Under the pieces are notes generated by a model. It was not told the DNA's origin and did no database searches. It was given only the letters and a program-made list of their open reading frames with translations. A stretch of 64,000 bases of DNA, from assembly GCF_009914755.1 (NCBI RefSeq), contig NC_060925.1; one strand, given 5' to 3'. Of the stretch, positions 1 through 31,858 are shown piece by piece; the stretch's first letter is position 1; each line of letters starts with the position of its first letter. The position numbers and the translations under genes were made by a program. Source of the stretch: the human T2T-CHM13v2.0 reference genome, Homo sapiens.

Positions 1-146
<146 letters not shown>

Positions 147-179
147 TGAAGAGAAATGATCCTGCTTGAAAGAGTAACC

Positions 180-543
180 TGTCATGTTGTGAGAAGGCCT
201 ATGAAGGGGGCCCCAGAGTGGATCTGAGAGATGCCTCTGGGAGCTAAGAATGATTCCAGGCCAGCATCTAACAAGAAAACAGGGGCCTCAGTCACACAGC
301 CATAAGGAAATGAATGATGCCAACAAACTGAATGAGCTTGGGAGCAGATTTTTCCTCAGTCAAGCCTCCAGATGAGAATGCAGCCCTTCAGACCTTAACT
401 TAGCCCTGTAAGGACTTTAGCAGAGGACCTACATAAGTCGTGCCCAGATTTCTGACCCATGGAAACTATGAAATAATAAATGTTGTTGTTTTAAGCTGCT
501 AAGTTTGTGGCCATTTGTTATGCAGCAATAGAAAACAAATACA
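180..543 (+). mobile_element. MaLR MLT1-type LTR
   Basis: Typical end ...ttttaagctgctaagtttgtgg...ttatgcagcaatagaaaacaaataca. Confidence 0.75.
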
Positions 544-704
544 GTATCTAAGATAATCAGGTAGCCTCCTGGCCATATAAGAGCATGTCAACAGCTTAGA
601 ATGGAATCTTTGATGTATCTTTCTCATAACCATACAAAGACACAAGAAGAATTAATATGTTAAAATCCTACACCTTTAGCAAAATTAGCAGATTAAAAAA
701 ATCC

Positions 705-940
705 AATTTTAGTTACAAAGGATGAATATGTTTGGGAGATCCGTAGTACCGCAAGGTGATCATAGTTAATACTAATATATTGTATACTTGAAAATTGCTA
801 AGAGTAGATCTTAAGTCTTCTCACCACAAAAAAAAACAAGTATGCATGGTGATAGATATGTTAATTAGCTTGATTTAACCATTTCACAATGTATACATGT
901 ACCAAAACATCATGTAGTGTGCTGTAAATATATATAATTT
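705..940 (+). mobile_element. L1M (L1MA/MB) 3'UTR fragment
   Basis: gtatacttgaaaattgctaagagtagatcttaag...ccatttcacaatgtatac. Confidence 0.75.
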
Positions 941-1899
941 AAGAAGACAAAAATGGCCACAAACTTTTTGGTATATGAAAGTAAGTGTGGAGAGGGGAGA
1001 GAGCAAGTCAGGAAACTAATACTAGAAGCCATAACAATGAATGGTGAGGTAGTGGAATGGTGAGTGCTATGAGGAAACGTGGAGATGGAAAAAGAGACCA
1101 TTATAATCTGGAATCCACAGCAGATATTCATCACCAGAATGTGAGGGACCACCTAGAGGGGCACTGCTCTGGACAGTTCTAAGAATGAAAAGGGTATTGC
1201 ATGAGAACTGGTGGAGATCAACAGAAATGACTGGGAGTGCAAGGAGAACAAATGTAGTATCACAATATATCCAATAAACTACCAATTGAGTGCAACAGAT
1301 GGAGGAGCCAATGAGCTGAGAAACAGGAGAAGCTATATTAATTTTCTCCCACCTCCAAACACAACTGTCACAGGATACTCCTGTAGCAACTGGACCAGAA
1401 AAAACCAACTCATTCAAATACGAATAATAAAAAGGCAAACTGTCACATCCAAACAAAGCCTCCATTTAAACATATGGCATAAGATCATATTTTATTAACA
1501 AAAAACTCATCATTAAAAAAGGTTCCAATAGGCAGAGGGAAAACATATTTCAACATAATTTTCCTAATTGTCTACCTATAAAAAAATTCACAAAACAGAA
1601 GTAAAAGGCCTCAAAGAAGAATTTAACTCGGCAATAGGAGGATGTGAAAGAGAAGTGACATAATCATCTCAGGAATTAAGACTAAAATACAAGGAGTACA
1701 AAGGGGAGCATGTGCCCCAGAAAACACATGTCAGGTGTCTAGAGAAAAGAAATTTAAAAGTCCAAAGAAACTAAAATTTTTTAAAAAGACAGAGAAAAAA
1801 AAGAATTAGAGAGAGTTTGTACACAATATGATGCACTTATTATCTCAGAACTGTACACTTAATACTTATGATGGTAAACTGTATGTGTATTTCACCACA

Positions 1900-3420
1900 A
1901 TAAAAAATTGGAGGAAAAAAGAATTAAAGCAAAAGTGATCAATGTAGAAGACAGGCAAAGGAGATCCAACATACATATAATTCATGTACCAAAAGAAGAA
2001 AACCAATGTAAAAGAGTAAATACCTTAAACAATAATTCAAGAAAAAATGTTTTGAAATCAAAGATACAACTCTACATATTGAAAGGCCACACTTTTACCT
2101 GTGAGAATTAACTTGCAATAGTAATTGCTAAACCATGTTATGGTACTTAAAATATGAAGAAATAAACTTTTTAGTCAGTCATGTGAAGAGACCAAGCCAT
2201 TTATAAGAGAAAAAATTAGATTGCCATCAGGCTTCTCAACAACAACATTCACACACAGATTGTGAAGAAGAACCTACAAGAGACTCATCAAAGAAAAGAT
2301 AGCATGAGCCAAGGATTTTATGTCCAGCCAATCTGTCCTTCAAAGTATAAAGGCTACAGATAAAAACTGTTTTGAATATGTAGTAACTAGGTAAATCTTT
2401 TTGCTCCATGAGCCCTGCTATGGTTTGAATGTGTTCCCCAGAATCTATGTGTTGGAAATGTAATTCCCAATGTGATAATTCTGAAAGGTAGGGCCTAATG
2501 GGGGGTGTTTAAGTCATGAGAGCTCATGCCTATCTGCCTTCCACTATGTGAGGATGTAACAGAAAGGCCTTCACCAGGTGCTTGTGCCATAGTCTCAGAC
2601 TTGCCAGCCTCCAGAACGGTAAGCCAATAAATTCCTGTTTATTATAAATTACCCAGTGTCAGGTATACTGTTATAGCAGCACAAAATGGACTAAGGCAAG
2701 CTCTTTATTAAGTACTTTACTAGAGAATAATCTTTATCCAGTCAACAAGTTATTGGAGAAATTTTGGCCAAAAAAACTAAAAACTTGTGGTGAGCATCAA
2801 ATATGTTTAACTGTAGAACTAGGGCTAAAACAAGTCTGAAGGACACAAAAGTAGATCCAACAAGTGAATGGGCATTTTTAATAAATATTATTGAAACAAG
2901 TAGATAGTCATATGGAAAGAAATAAATTTTTTATCCATACCATACACAACACAAAAATAAACTCTAAATGAATCAAAAAATACATACAAAAATTAAAACA
3001 TTGAATTACTTGAGAAAACATGAATTAATTTTATTATAACATGGGAGTGGTAGGCCTTTCTAAATATGACTCAGAAGTCATAAAATATGATAAATTGGCT
3101 ACTTAAAGTAAAAAACTCTTGCATACTCCAAAAACTAAAAATGTATCATAAGCAAAAGCAAAAAGCAGATAACAAGCCTGGGAAAAATATTTGCAATTAG
3201 TTTCACAAAAAAAGCTAATTTCTCTAATGTATATATTTTTGCATGAAAGCACTTAGAAGCAGAAGACCAACAATCAAATAGAAAAATGGGCAAAGGACAA
3301 GAAGAATGGATGGAAAGAGAGATACAAATCTCCCTTACACACATGAAAAGATACTCAAGGTCACTTATAAGAGAAATATATATTAAAATTTCACATAAAT
3401 GCCATTTTTAACCAATCAAA
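1900..3420 (+). mobile_element. Ancient L1M remnant (ORF1 motif EDRQRRSNIHIIHVP, then ORF2 3' fragments), interrupted by an MST LTR
   Basis: ORF 1908..2111 resembles the L1 ORF1p RRxNIRIIGVPE motif. Confidence 0.6.
2416..2698 (+). mobile_element. MaLR MST-type LTR
   Basis: Starts tgctatggtttgaatgtg; ends ...tgttatagcagcacaaaatggactaaggca. Confidence 0.8.
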
Positions 3421-3882
3421 TTTGTTAGACTTACTTCTATGAATCTCACCTCTTTATAAATTCCAGATCTTTAAAATATTCTGTATATGATCTTTTTGTC
3501 ATCTGTGCTTTGCGGATGCTTTCTCTAACTTGGCGGTTTACCTGTGCACTTTCTTAATAGTGTCATTTGATGAACAGTAGTTATTAATTTTAACATAATC
3601 CAACTTATAATCTTTTCTTTTAGGGTTAATGTTTTTTCCGTCATTTTTAAGAAGTCTTTTCCTACACCATAAAAAATGAAGATGGATATATTATCTTCTA
3701 CATCGCTTATGTTTAGCCCATTGTATGCAAATCTACAATTCACCTGGAATTGATATTTGTGCATCGTGTGAAGGATAGGTTTTATTTTTTCTATAGGAAA
3801 ATCCAATTATTCTAGCAGCATTTGTTGTATAGGCAATTCCACAAATATTCTCTCCCCTCTCCTCCTACGAGTAACAAAGTGT

Positions 3883-4095
<213 letters not shown>

Positions 4096-4474
4096 GAAGA
4101 AGAAAAGTGTACTTTTCTGTCTTAGTAGTATTGATCTGGCCATGTGATTTGCTTTGGCCAATAAGTAGATCATGGAAGTGAGGTGCAAAAGCTTGAAATT
4201 TACATATGCATTTGGACCCCAGAATAAATATGCATGGGGTTGTTCTGTGTCTAGTCTGGAGCAAGAAGCCAAACCCAGACAGAGCCACAGCTTGAAGCAA
4301 AGCCTGTCAGTCAACTCTAAATCAGCTCATTCACACTTGTTTCTCAGTGTGAGAATAAATGCTTATTGTTGTATTCTGCTAAGTTTTGAGGTGATTTGTG
4401 AGGCAACATTATTGTGGCCAGTGCTACACTGGGGAACCAATATATTATTTTAAAGAATCAAGCTTTTGTTTGAG

Positions 4475-4475
<1 letters not shown>

Positions 4476-4512
<37 letters not shown>
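4476..4512 (+). repeat. (TG)n microsatellite
   Basis: Direct reading. Confidence 0.95.
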
Positions 4513-4514
<2 letters not shown>

Positions 4515-5007
4515 ATATTGTTTTTTATTTTTTCTGTATAAACTCTATCTCATGGTATTCAAATGGTTGGTAAATGGAAGTTTCCCTTTATAAAAGTATT
4601 CCAGCTAATAAATGAAGCTGGAACTATTGAATTATAATATCAGCATTTTATCATCCCTAATAAATTTCTGAACATAATTATCAGTGGCTGCTAACATCAA
4701 AAAGAAGAGCTAAATAGGCCATCAGGCATTATGTGACTTCTGATGGAAGAATCTAACCCCATCATTAAGTATTCTTGCCCTCAAAAAAATTGAACCAAAA
4801 ACCTCTAGATCTACCAACTTACAGGAAATTTCAGAGCAGAGAGATGTGTTAAAATGTACCATGGATACAAAATTGCAAAATCTATGCTGTGGAAAACTGT
4901 AGCAAACCAAACTAGTTTCTTCAACAAATAAATAGCAAGGAAAAAAAGAGATGCTAGGAGCCTACAGGTTAGAGGAATTATAAAAGACATATCAAACACA
5001 ATGTATG

Positions 5008-5326
5008 GGCTGGGTGCACTGGCTCACATCTGTAATCCCAGCACTTTGGGAGTCCGGAGTGGGTGGATCACTTGAGGCCAGGAGTTCAAGACCAGCCTGA
5101 CCAAAATGGTGAAACCCTGTCTCTACTGAAAACACAAAAATTAGCCAGGAGTGGTGGCAGGCACCTGTAATCCCAGCCATTCAGGAGGCTGAGGCCTTAG
5201 AATCGCTTGAGCCCTGGAGGCAGAGGTTGCAGTGAGCCAAGACCACACCACTGCACTCCAGCCTGGATGACAGAGTGAGATTCTGTCTCAAAAAAAAAAT
5301 AAAAAATAAAAAATAAATTTAAAAAA
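5008..5326 (+). mobile_element. Full-length Alu inside an L1MC-like 3' remnant (~4560-5700)
   Basis: TSD-like CACAATGTATGG on both sides. Confidence 0.9.
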
Positions 5327-6164
5327 CCACAATGTATGGACCTTATTTGGATGCCAATTCTAACAAACAGGAAAAAAGCGAGACAAATTCATGCACAAAC
5401 TCAGCATTTTATGATATTGAGAAATTATTATTGATTGTTGATTCTTTTAGGCATGATAATGATATTGACTATTTCTTACTGTCATTTTATTTCAGCAACA
5501 TATAATGAAATGTTTATAGGTGACATTGTATGATACATATGAATTTCTTTTGCGGAAATGTGTGGGGAGTATGGTTTAAATGTAATTAGCCATGAATTAA
5601 TCATTTAAGCTAGATTTTGGGTACGTATGAGTTAAATATATTAGTCTCTATAGGTTTGTATAAATCTAAAATATTCCATAAGGGGGTATTTTTATTATGC
5701 TGCCTCATACAACAAGTTGGAGAGTGTTCCTCTTTTCCTACTATAAAAAGGTTGTTTAAAATGGATGTTATTTCTAACTTCTTCTCTTGTAGAATTCATT
5801 AGTGAAGATACCTCAGACTAACTTTTTTAATTGTTGTTTTGTGTTGTTTTGTTATTATAAGAAGGTATTAATTACAGATGCCATTTCTTTAACGTTTAGG
5901 ACAAGTTAGGTTTTCTGTTTCTTCTTGTGTCAAATTTGGTGATGTGCACCTTTTTAGGAATTTTTCTATTTAATGTCAGTTTGCAAATGTATTGAATACT
6001 GCTTTTCATACTATCTTCTTACTATGTCTTCAATGATCTTCAGTAACGTTCCTTGCTTAATTTCTGACATTAGTTATATATGTTTCTCCTCCACCCCCTC
6101 TTTCTCAGTTAGACTTATTAGAATTTTACCAATTAATCTTTTTTAAGATTAATTTTAGACATCA

Positions 6165-6623
6165 GGACGGGTTCCAAGATGGCCGAATAGGAACAGCTCC
6201 AGTTTACAGCTCCTGGCGTGAGTGATGCAGAAGACAGGCGATTTCTGCATTTCCAACTGAGGTACTGGGTTCATCTCACTGGGGCTTGTCAGACAGTGGG
6301 TGCAGCCCATGGAGTGTGAGCCAAAGCAGGGCGGGGCATCGCCTCACCTGGGAAGCACAAGGGGTCACGGAATTCTCTTTTGTAGCCAAGGGAAGCCATG
6401 ACAGAGGATACCTGGAAAATCGGGACACTCCCACCCTAATACTGTGCTTTTCCAACGGTCTTAGCAAATGGCACACCAGGAGATTATATCCCGCACCTGG
6501 TTCAGAGGGTCCCACTCCCACAGAGCCTCGCTCACTGCTAGCACAGTCTGAGATTGAACTGCAAGGCAGCAGCGAGGCTGGGGGAGGGGTGTCCACCATT
6601 GCGGAAGCTTGAGTAGGTAAACA
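6165..6623 (+). mobile_element. Isolated L1PA 5'UTR (first ~455 nt) with YY1 site and antisense ORF0
   Basis: CCAAGATGGCCGAATAGGAACAGCTCC start; ends at GTAGGTAAACA. Confidence 0.92.
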
Positions 6624-9347
6624 GTCCACAGACCTTTCATCAGTTGGGAGCTGTGTGTGTGACGTTAACAGTCATTAATGCCTAGATTTTTTATTAGGGC
6701 TTGCAATGTGATGATATTCCATTTCTACCATTACTTTTTCATGTATTTATTAGAGTACATCTATTAGGAGAAGTTCTCTACTATTTGGTTATTCAATTGT
6801 ATTCTGTGTATAGGAAAGGAAGAATAGGTACATTTCTCTTTCCCTTTTTTTACAAGTTTTAAAGTAAAAAAGTAGATTCAGTGGATGTCCTAGCAGTGAC
6901 AATTCGGGGGTTTTTTTAGTGTTATTATGAATGTGTTGATTTAAACTTAACAAGCTCAGACCCATTGCAGTTGTTGTTGCTATTTATGCTCATATTGTCA
7001 TTAGCCATTAGACATTGGAATTTTCCCATTAGACAGTAGAAATTTCCCAAGTCCTTTTGACCCAATATGAGAAATATTTAATAGCTTCATTGTTACCTTA
7101 TATGATAAAATGTTTTAACTTATATGTTTCCCATCCCAGACCTGAAATCAGCCATTTCTCTAAGAACTGTTGATTTCTTTTACTGGGAAATGGTATTTTA
7201 AGATCACAACTTGGGTACTACAGATACTTATTGCTACCATATTGATCGGGTTTCTGGGCCCTTTCAGTGAGCAAAGGTAAAATTATTTAAGGTGAAACAC
7301 CTCATATGTTCATAAATGAGTTCACCCTATTGTTTTTTTAATTCACATCCAGGGACACAGTGTATCACTTAACCTCTGCTGTGTTAATCTGTATCTCCTT
7401 TTCCCACACTGAGAATCCTACTTTCAAAAACACTGGGGATGATGGAACTAGAATATCACATAATTACTCATTTGTTTGATTCAACATCTCATACTAAACT
7501 TTCTTCTAATAACAATATTAATATTAGAACTATAATATGATGACTAAAATGATTTTAAAAACTAACTTGCAGATGCTCTCCTTATTCTCTCCCCACTTTT
7601 TTACAGTTCTACCTTATACTACATTGTCAGAGTTCATAACCATTACATACAATACTATTTTTCTAATAACTTTCATTTGGTCTTAATTCTACAAGTAAAT
7701 ATATATCAAATGCTTACCACCAGTCATAATGCCAGTGTCTCTAAAGTTATTTTGGTCATTTTTAAAGACATTCTCCTGTAGATTCTTACAAAGAGTCTTA
7801 TGGGAATAGTATTCACAGAGTTCTTCCATGTTCATGAGAGTTTATCTGTGACCTTTGTATATAAAAGTCAATTTGATTGAACATAATCCTTGGATCACAT
7901 TTTTTCTTATTTTTAAAATGTGTTATTATATTTTCTCCTAGCCCAAAATGTTGTTGTCAATAAGTCTGATGATATTTTTCTCTCTTATTAGTGATTTGTT
8001 TTTTTGTTTTTTCCTGAATGCCCAAAGGATATTTTCCACTAAAGAGAATGAGTTCTTAAAAATCCATTAGTTCAAATAGACCGTATGTTTGCATTCATCA
8101 TTTTGAGTGCATCTTTTCTGGTAGGAAATGTGCCCTTTAAAAACAAAATTTCAAATTTTTTTTATTTCAGGAGGTGTTTCTAGCATAGTAGTTTTGAATA
8201 TTTGTTCTGTTCCTTTACTTCAGTTTTCTTCTTTAGGGACTCCAGTTACATGTATACTTGTATCTTGTGTCTTCTTTGCCTATCTTTTATATTTATCACT
8301 TTCTCTCTAATTATTTTAATGTTACTTTTTAGTTTATTTTTTATTTTAGAATTTTCCTTCGTTTTATCTTATTTTTCTTTAAAGGCATTATCCATTATGT
8401 ATATCCACTTTTAACATTTTTTTTTTACTGATTATTTCTGAAATTGATATTTCCTTTATTTCTTATTCTCTTCTGAGCCCCATTACCTTATTTCTGAGTT
8501 TTTGTACTTTCCATTAATTGTTCTTTCATATCTTGTATTATTTTCCTAATTATTTTAGCTCAGTTTGAAATTGTAGTTTATAGTTTTCACCCATAAGCAT
8601 GTCTTTATGTAATGCTTTTATTTTCTTTATTCTGCTCCTGATTCTATTTTTATCTTAAAATGACTTTATGTGGGTTTGAACCTCAATTATTTTCTGTTGT
8701 TTATTTTATATATTAGCTTTCCTCAACTTTAAAGATGTATGGTTTTGAGAAGCTTTTTTAATTCAATCACTCTGGGACACCTTCTATTATTTTTTTCAAG
8801 TAAATGTTCAACATTATGATGGCTTATATTCAGAGAGCTTCTTGCTCCACTGCCTTTCCACACTTTCATGTGAGCTTCTTTTTTGTTTTTTCTTTTTTTA
8901 ATCTCTTAGGCCTGGACTGAATTAGATTCTGTTTCCAGCAGTTCTCACCTGTGGGGCTTTGTTCTAGAAGGGAATTTTAGCTGGCTAGTTTTGAGAGGCA
9001 TAGGACCCAAACCGTTCCAGTTCCTGCAGATCTTACTACAGAATCCTTTGTGTTTACACACCATTGGAGTGTGCAAAAAGGCCTCTTGATTTTAGATGCT
9101 AAGCTGTCAAAAATTTGGGGTAAAAATATCTTGGTTATTTTAGGTTCTCATGTCCACCGGACACCCTGTTGCTTCTCTTTGCTTCCTCTTACACAGATGC
9201 TGGTACCATAGAGATCTTATGGCTCTTGGACTGAGAGGGAACAGAAACACAGAAAATGCTGGTGGTATGCGGGCACTGTCCAGAAAGTTCTTCTCCAAAT
9301 AGGGGATGATGTAGTGAATTGGCAAGGTGAACATGAATTTGGATCTC

Positions 9348-9700
9348 TTCATTCATTTATTCATCCATTTCTCTAATAAACATCAGTAGAACCCATTAAA
9401 TTTCAGACACTGCTGAGAAACAGAGGACATAGAGATGAATAAAACACAGTTCCTCCCCTGGAGAAACTCACAACCAAGTAGCAAGGATAGACATATCTAT
9501 AAATAATGACAGCCATTAAATAAGGGCTACATCCAAATATATACAAGTTTATGTGTAAGCAAGGAAGGGTGGTCACGTTGACCTGAGTTATGGGTGAGGG
9601 GTGATAGGTGGGAGGTGGGGGCTGCCAGGCAGACACCAGGGGAAGGCTCACCAGGCAGAGGGGAATGGAGAGAGAGAGAGAAATGAAACAAGAACCAGCC
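9348..9700 (-). mobile_element. L2 3' end within the PGLYRP4 3'UTR
   Basis: attcatttattcatcc...gaataaaacacagttcctcccctggagaaactcac, typical of an L2 terminus. Confidence 0.6.
9356..9361 (-). terminator. Probable PGLYRP4 polyadenylation signal AATAAA
   Basis: tttatt on the + strand, ~625 nt past the stop, inside an L2 tail. Confidence 0.6.
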
Positions 9701-9984
9701 CATTGTCTCACCTGGCTGAGGAGTTGGGTTTCCAAGGGAGAGGAAGGTAAGGAGAGAAGAAATCTGGACTCAGACTCAGAGGGCTGTGAATGTCCAGCTA
9801 TGAGGTTTGGAGGCCCTTGGAGGATGTTGGCAGGAGAGGGCATGATCATCCCAACCTGAAAAAGGAGGCACAGGACTGTGTGGCAGGGGAGGAGGGCAAA
9901 AGGTGTTGAGCCAAGCTGGATGGTTAGGACAGGAGAGACCTGACAGGGGAGGGAAAGCAGTCTCAGAAGGACCTGGGGCTTCTC

Positions 9985-27159
<17,175 letters not shown>

Positions 27160-27754
27160 CCCCACGTGGTCCCAGGACACCAATCTGGAGAGTGTGGATG
27201 GCAGCCTGAGAGAGACGCTGACAGTTGTTAACATGACCATTCTCAATCTGCAGAGCATCCCAAACCCTGACTGCAGTGGGTGCCATCTGCCTCCTCTACC
27301 ATCCTGTGGCCTCCTGAGGGCCAGCACCTGCCTCAGTCTTCTCAGGGCCCCCAGCATACAGCAGGTGCTCAGCATCCCTGTCCTATTATTACCCGAGGAA
27401 CTCAATTTCATCACGTGCCCACGGCATGCAAGGCTGTGTACACACTTGCACATGCAGTCTTATTTAATTAGTCCTCACACTAATCCTGTCATGTAAGACT
27501 GTTAATCCCCATTTTTACAGACAAAGGAAGTAAGATCCAAGAATGGTACAACCGAGAAATCCAGACTCATATGGATGGGTCTGATGCAGAGAATCCCTTC
27601 CCAGCTGGGAATATGCCAGATGAGGGAGATATAGGAGTAGGAGGGGTTCCTAGTTCTAGGGCAGAGGAAATCCAATCCTTAACACTCTTTCTGGTGGATT
27701 CCAGTCCCTTTGCTGGAAGAGGGCTTCTGAAGAAGAAACACATACTCAACTCAC

Positions 27755-27825
27755 AGATATATGTGGGTCCTGTGCTGTCCCAGCCCAGCAGGTCAGGGTG
27801 CAGTCAGCTTGCCCCTGATTGGCCA
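27755..27825 (-). promoter_or_regulatory. Probable PGLYRP4 non-coding exon 1 end (donor CT|gtgagt at 27754) and upstream CCAAT box (~27818-27822)
   Basis: GTGAGT donor and GGCCAATC on the - strand; TSS not determinable from sequence. Confidence 0.5.
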
Positions 27826-29782
27826 GCAGCTCCTTCCCTTCCAGACTTGGCCTCCAGGCCCTGCCCTTCTTCACCAACTGGCGCCTTCTCCTCCAGCCTT
27901 CACTCTCCCTAGCCCTAGAGGGCACTCCCTCCCTGGGAATGGAGCACGCGGGCTCTAGCTTCCCAGAGAGAAGAAGAGAGCCCAGGATCCCTAACAAAAG
28001 ATGGGGAGAAGGGAAGACAGAGGGCAAGGCTCTGAGCCAGCTCCTTTCACAGCACCTGGAGAAATGCAAGTGGGACCAGACTCAGGCTGAGAGCACCTGG
28101 GTACCCGCCCTGTGAATAAGCCCCTCCCTGGGAAAGGGCAAGATTGCCCAATACTCCGGAGAGCTCGTCCTCAGCCCCAACCTGGGAAAGCCTGCAGGGC
28201 CTGAGGGTTGTGTCTGCAACATCTAGATACTTCCTGCCTGTGAAGATCTGCTCCAGGAGCCTGAAGACTGTGGATTGAAGTCACTCACCAACACCACCTT
28301 TTACCAGGGTCATGAGCAGGGTCAGGATTGACAGAGAGAAACTGGGAGGTACAATCTCAGGAAACAGCTCACGATGCCTAATTCTGCCCCAATAGCTTAC
28401 ATGTCTGCCCATCATCCTCCCGCCTGCCACTCCCCACTGTCGGCATCAAGCTGCCACCTACCACAGAAAGCCTCCCACAAACCAAGAATCTCCAGCTCCT
28501 CGCCATGTTCCAGTTGTCACCTAATCTCATTCCACATTCTGCAACCTGGACTTATAGCCCTTGAGTCTTCACAGAGGAAACTCTGCATGACACTTTCCAA
28601 GAACGCAGTAGGATGCAGTCTCCACGGGGACCTGCAGAGCCTCTCATGTCCCGGAGGGTGGGGCAGCCTCCCTAGACACTTAGGAAGTGCCCTGAATCCA
28701 GAACAGTTGCTCTCAGTGAGCTGCAGTCCCACTCTCAGACTGGGCTCCCCAGGAGCGCTCTCTGGATGGGGCCCCTTGAGCATGCGCCAGGTCTACCTGG
28801 CATTCATCCCAGTCATGCACCCAGACCCAGGCTGGAGCTGTGTGATGAGCAGGGGCTGCTGAGCTCTGTCCTGGGGTGAGGGTGAATGTGGGGCAGAGCC
28901 GGAGACAGAGATGAAGGAGACCAAGAACTGCAGCCTGGGACCAGCACTGTAGGGACCCTGGTAGTTTCCCCAGCCTGGCAACATGCTGTTTCTCCATGCC
29001 TTTTGCTGGCCGCCCATCCTAAATAAGTAGAACAGCTCTCAAAATGAGAAGGTTTCTGGGCTTGCATCCGGGGCACCAAGGACTTGAGGAGACTCGGTTC
29101 CCCTTTTTGGAGCGGCTTGGGGAGGGGAAGCCCAAGAAGAGATTGGGTGGTGGCTGCCAAAGGGGACCAACAGATTCTCTGCCCCATCCAGAGACCAACA
29201 GATTCTTGAGGACTAACAGACTGAGGGCTGTCCGGGACGAGGGCATCAGGAGGGAGGAAGAGAGCAGTGTGGGTTGTCCCTCTCTGATTCTGTGAACTCA
29301 GAATCCCGAGAGGACCTCCTAAGTCCTAAATTATCTGGCCCCCAGCCCCATCTCACTCCACGCTGCCAGAGCAGGCTCCCAGTGCTCTCTGCCCCACCTC
29401 CCACCATCTCAGGACCCTTCCCAAGTGCCCAGCCTCGCTCCCCACCTGCACCCAGAGGCTCCACTTCAGCCTGGCATCTTTGGAAAGGGCTCCGTGACTA
29501 GTTGGGACTGGTAGAGGCTCAGAGTCTCTCTTCTCCATTCTAGCACCTGAATGAATTGTAATTATAATCTCCTCAAGAGCAGTTCCCAAGTCTATCTCTT
29601 TACCTGCCTTTAATACTATCATTATTTATATTTACATTTTTTTGTCCTCTGTCTTAAGCTTCCCTCCAGCTGTGAATTTCACAGAGGTGGGAATTTACTT
29701 TATTCTGTAGTCTCAGGGTTTAGCTTAGTGTCTGGCATAATGCTGACACATGTTAGAAACTCAATAAGCATTTGTCAGATAA

Positions 29783-29861
29783 AGAAGGAAGGAAGGAAGG
29801 GAGGGAGGGAGGGAGGGAGAGAGAGAGAGGGAGAGAGAAAGAAAGAAAGAAAGGAAAGAAA

Positions 29862-29925
<64 letters not shown>

Positions 29926-29955
29926 AGAAAGAAAGAAAGAGAGAAAGAAAGAAAG
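29783..29955 (+). repeat. Compound (GGAA)/(GGGA)/(GA)/(GAAA)n microsatellite on an L2 tail
   Basis: Direct reading; pure purine tract of ~170 nt. Confidence 0.95.
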
Positions 29956-30063
29956 ACTTAAACAGGACACTCTTTTAAAAGGTGTCAAAAGAAGAAATGG
30001 AAAGGAAAAGCAAGCCAGCACACCGACCTGCCTCAAATAATGCATACCTTCAAGTACCTAAGG

Positions 30064-31803
<1,740 letters not shown>

Positions 31804-31840
31804 GGCCAAAGGAATCCCACAGGCTGTCCTGATGCAGATA

Positions 31841-31858
31841 GGCCACAAGGTGGCAGCA
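31841..31858 (+). promoter_or_regulatory. Candidate CTCF site GGCCACAAGGTGGCAGCA
   Basis: Close match to the CCASYAGRKGGCRS core. Confidence 0.55.

Noticed and set aside
29728-30045. Lys/Glu/Arg-rich and Phe/Leu/Ser-rich ORFs
   Set aside because: They are translations of the GAAA microsatellite.
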